Positions 61,001 to 64,000 of a DNA stretch of 64,000 nt are shown here, in pieces. The stretch lies in NCBI RefSeq assembly GCF_009914755.1, contig NC_060947.1. One strand, given 5' to 3'. The notes under the pieces were generated by a model. It did no database searches, was not told where the DNA came from, and was given only the letters and a program-made list of their open reading frames with translations. A program made the translations under genes and the position numbers. The DNA comes from the human T2T-CHM13v2.0 reference genome, Homo sapiens. Position 1 is the stretch's first letter, and the number at the start of each line of letters is the position of its first letter.

Positions 61001-61839
61001 TAGGGCTCCCAGAGACAAAACTTTATATCTATTTCCTGCCTAAAAAATTAGAAAGCCCCTGTTTGTAACCTACTGAATACTGCAAGGTCTATGCGATCAT
61101 CTGCTTCTGCAATATAATCACTACTAGCACAGTACAATAATTGATCAATCATGAATTCCCTAACCTAGATAATTAGCCTGAAGTAGAATCATGGCTAAAA
61201 TGTCAAACTTTACACTGACATTATTTGAATCAGAAAGAAAAAAAATCAAAGATGAGCATCCACATTAAGCCCTACTAAACTGATATTCACTTATTAAGTA
61301 AAACTTACTTTCTTGAATTATCTATTTGCTGTCACAATTCTTTATTAGTAGGAAACCTAGCCATGGAAGAGCTTTCTTGTATCTTAGAGTAAGAAGTTTT
61401 AGTTCTCCTAGAAGCATACCAGGAGGGCTTACTCAATATGACTGAATGGGAAAATAGATTGGTACATGTCAAAATGACTTCATAAATAGGGAAGACATTT
61501 ACATTAATATTGTGTATATGTATTCTGATGAGAACCCTACTGTAAAGCTTTCAGGATTAGAAACGTTTTGTTCAATTTAACTGCATCAATACCACCTTGT
61601 GACACATGGAATATCCCAGCTTAAAATTCTTTAAGGCCTGTGGTTCTATGTTTAAAGTTCCCTAATTTACTGATTCTTCTCCATGTTCAGCTACTCCAAG
61701 GAAGCGGGGGCCTGTGGGGGGTGGGGTGGGAAATCACTTTGGCTTTTGTTCAGTATAAAGTAAGATTTTTATTATTGCAGGTGCCAATAAGAATGATGAA
61801 AATAATTACTTTTTCCTTTTTGCTACATGAAGTTTTAAA

Positions 61840-64000
<2,161 letters not shown>

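Overview
Primate (very probably human) genomic DNA, AT-rich and mostly interspersed repeats. I recognise no host protein-coding gene. Main contents: (1) a complete, internally deleted HERV-H provirus (4030-9898, +) with two 454-bp LTR7s, a His-tRNA PBS and an ACATA TSD; (2) a PABL/MER4-group provirus (16160-21907, -) with an Arg-tRNA PBS and a truncated 3' LTR; (3) a MER4-group provirus (27748-38978, +) with a gag-pro relic, two unrelated LTRs and no TSD, containing a twin-primed 5'-inverted L1; (4) a full-length L1PA2-like element (48894-54958, -) with intact ORF1 and ORF0 and a frameshifted ORF2, inserted into the tail/TSD of an older 5'-inverted L1; (5) many Alus, solo LTRs, MaLRs, MIR/L2 and DNA-transposon relics. 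Other observations worth follow-up: a three-patch templated insertion scar at about 40140-40216, and several exon-like segments in the scarce unique DNA, including a minus-strand exon reading as a signal peptide (22997-23069). Repeat subfamily names come from memory of consensus sequences and were not checked by database search. Boundaries of old repeats are approximate.
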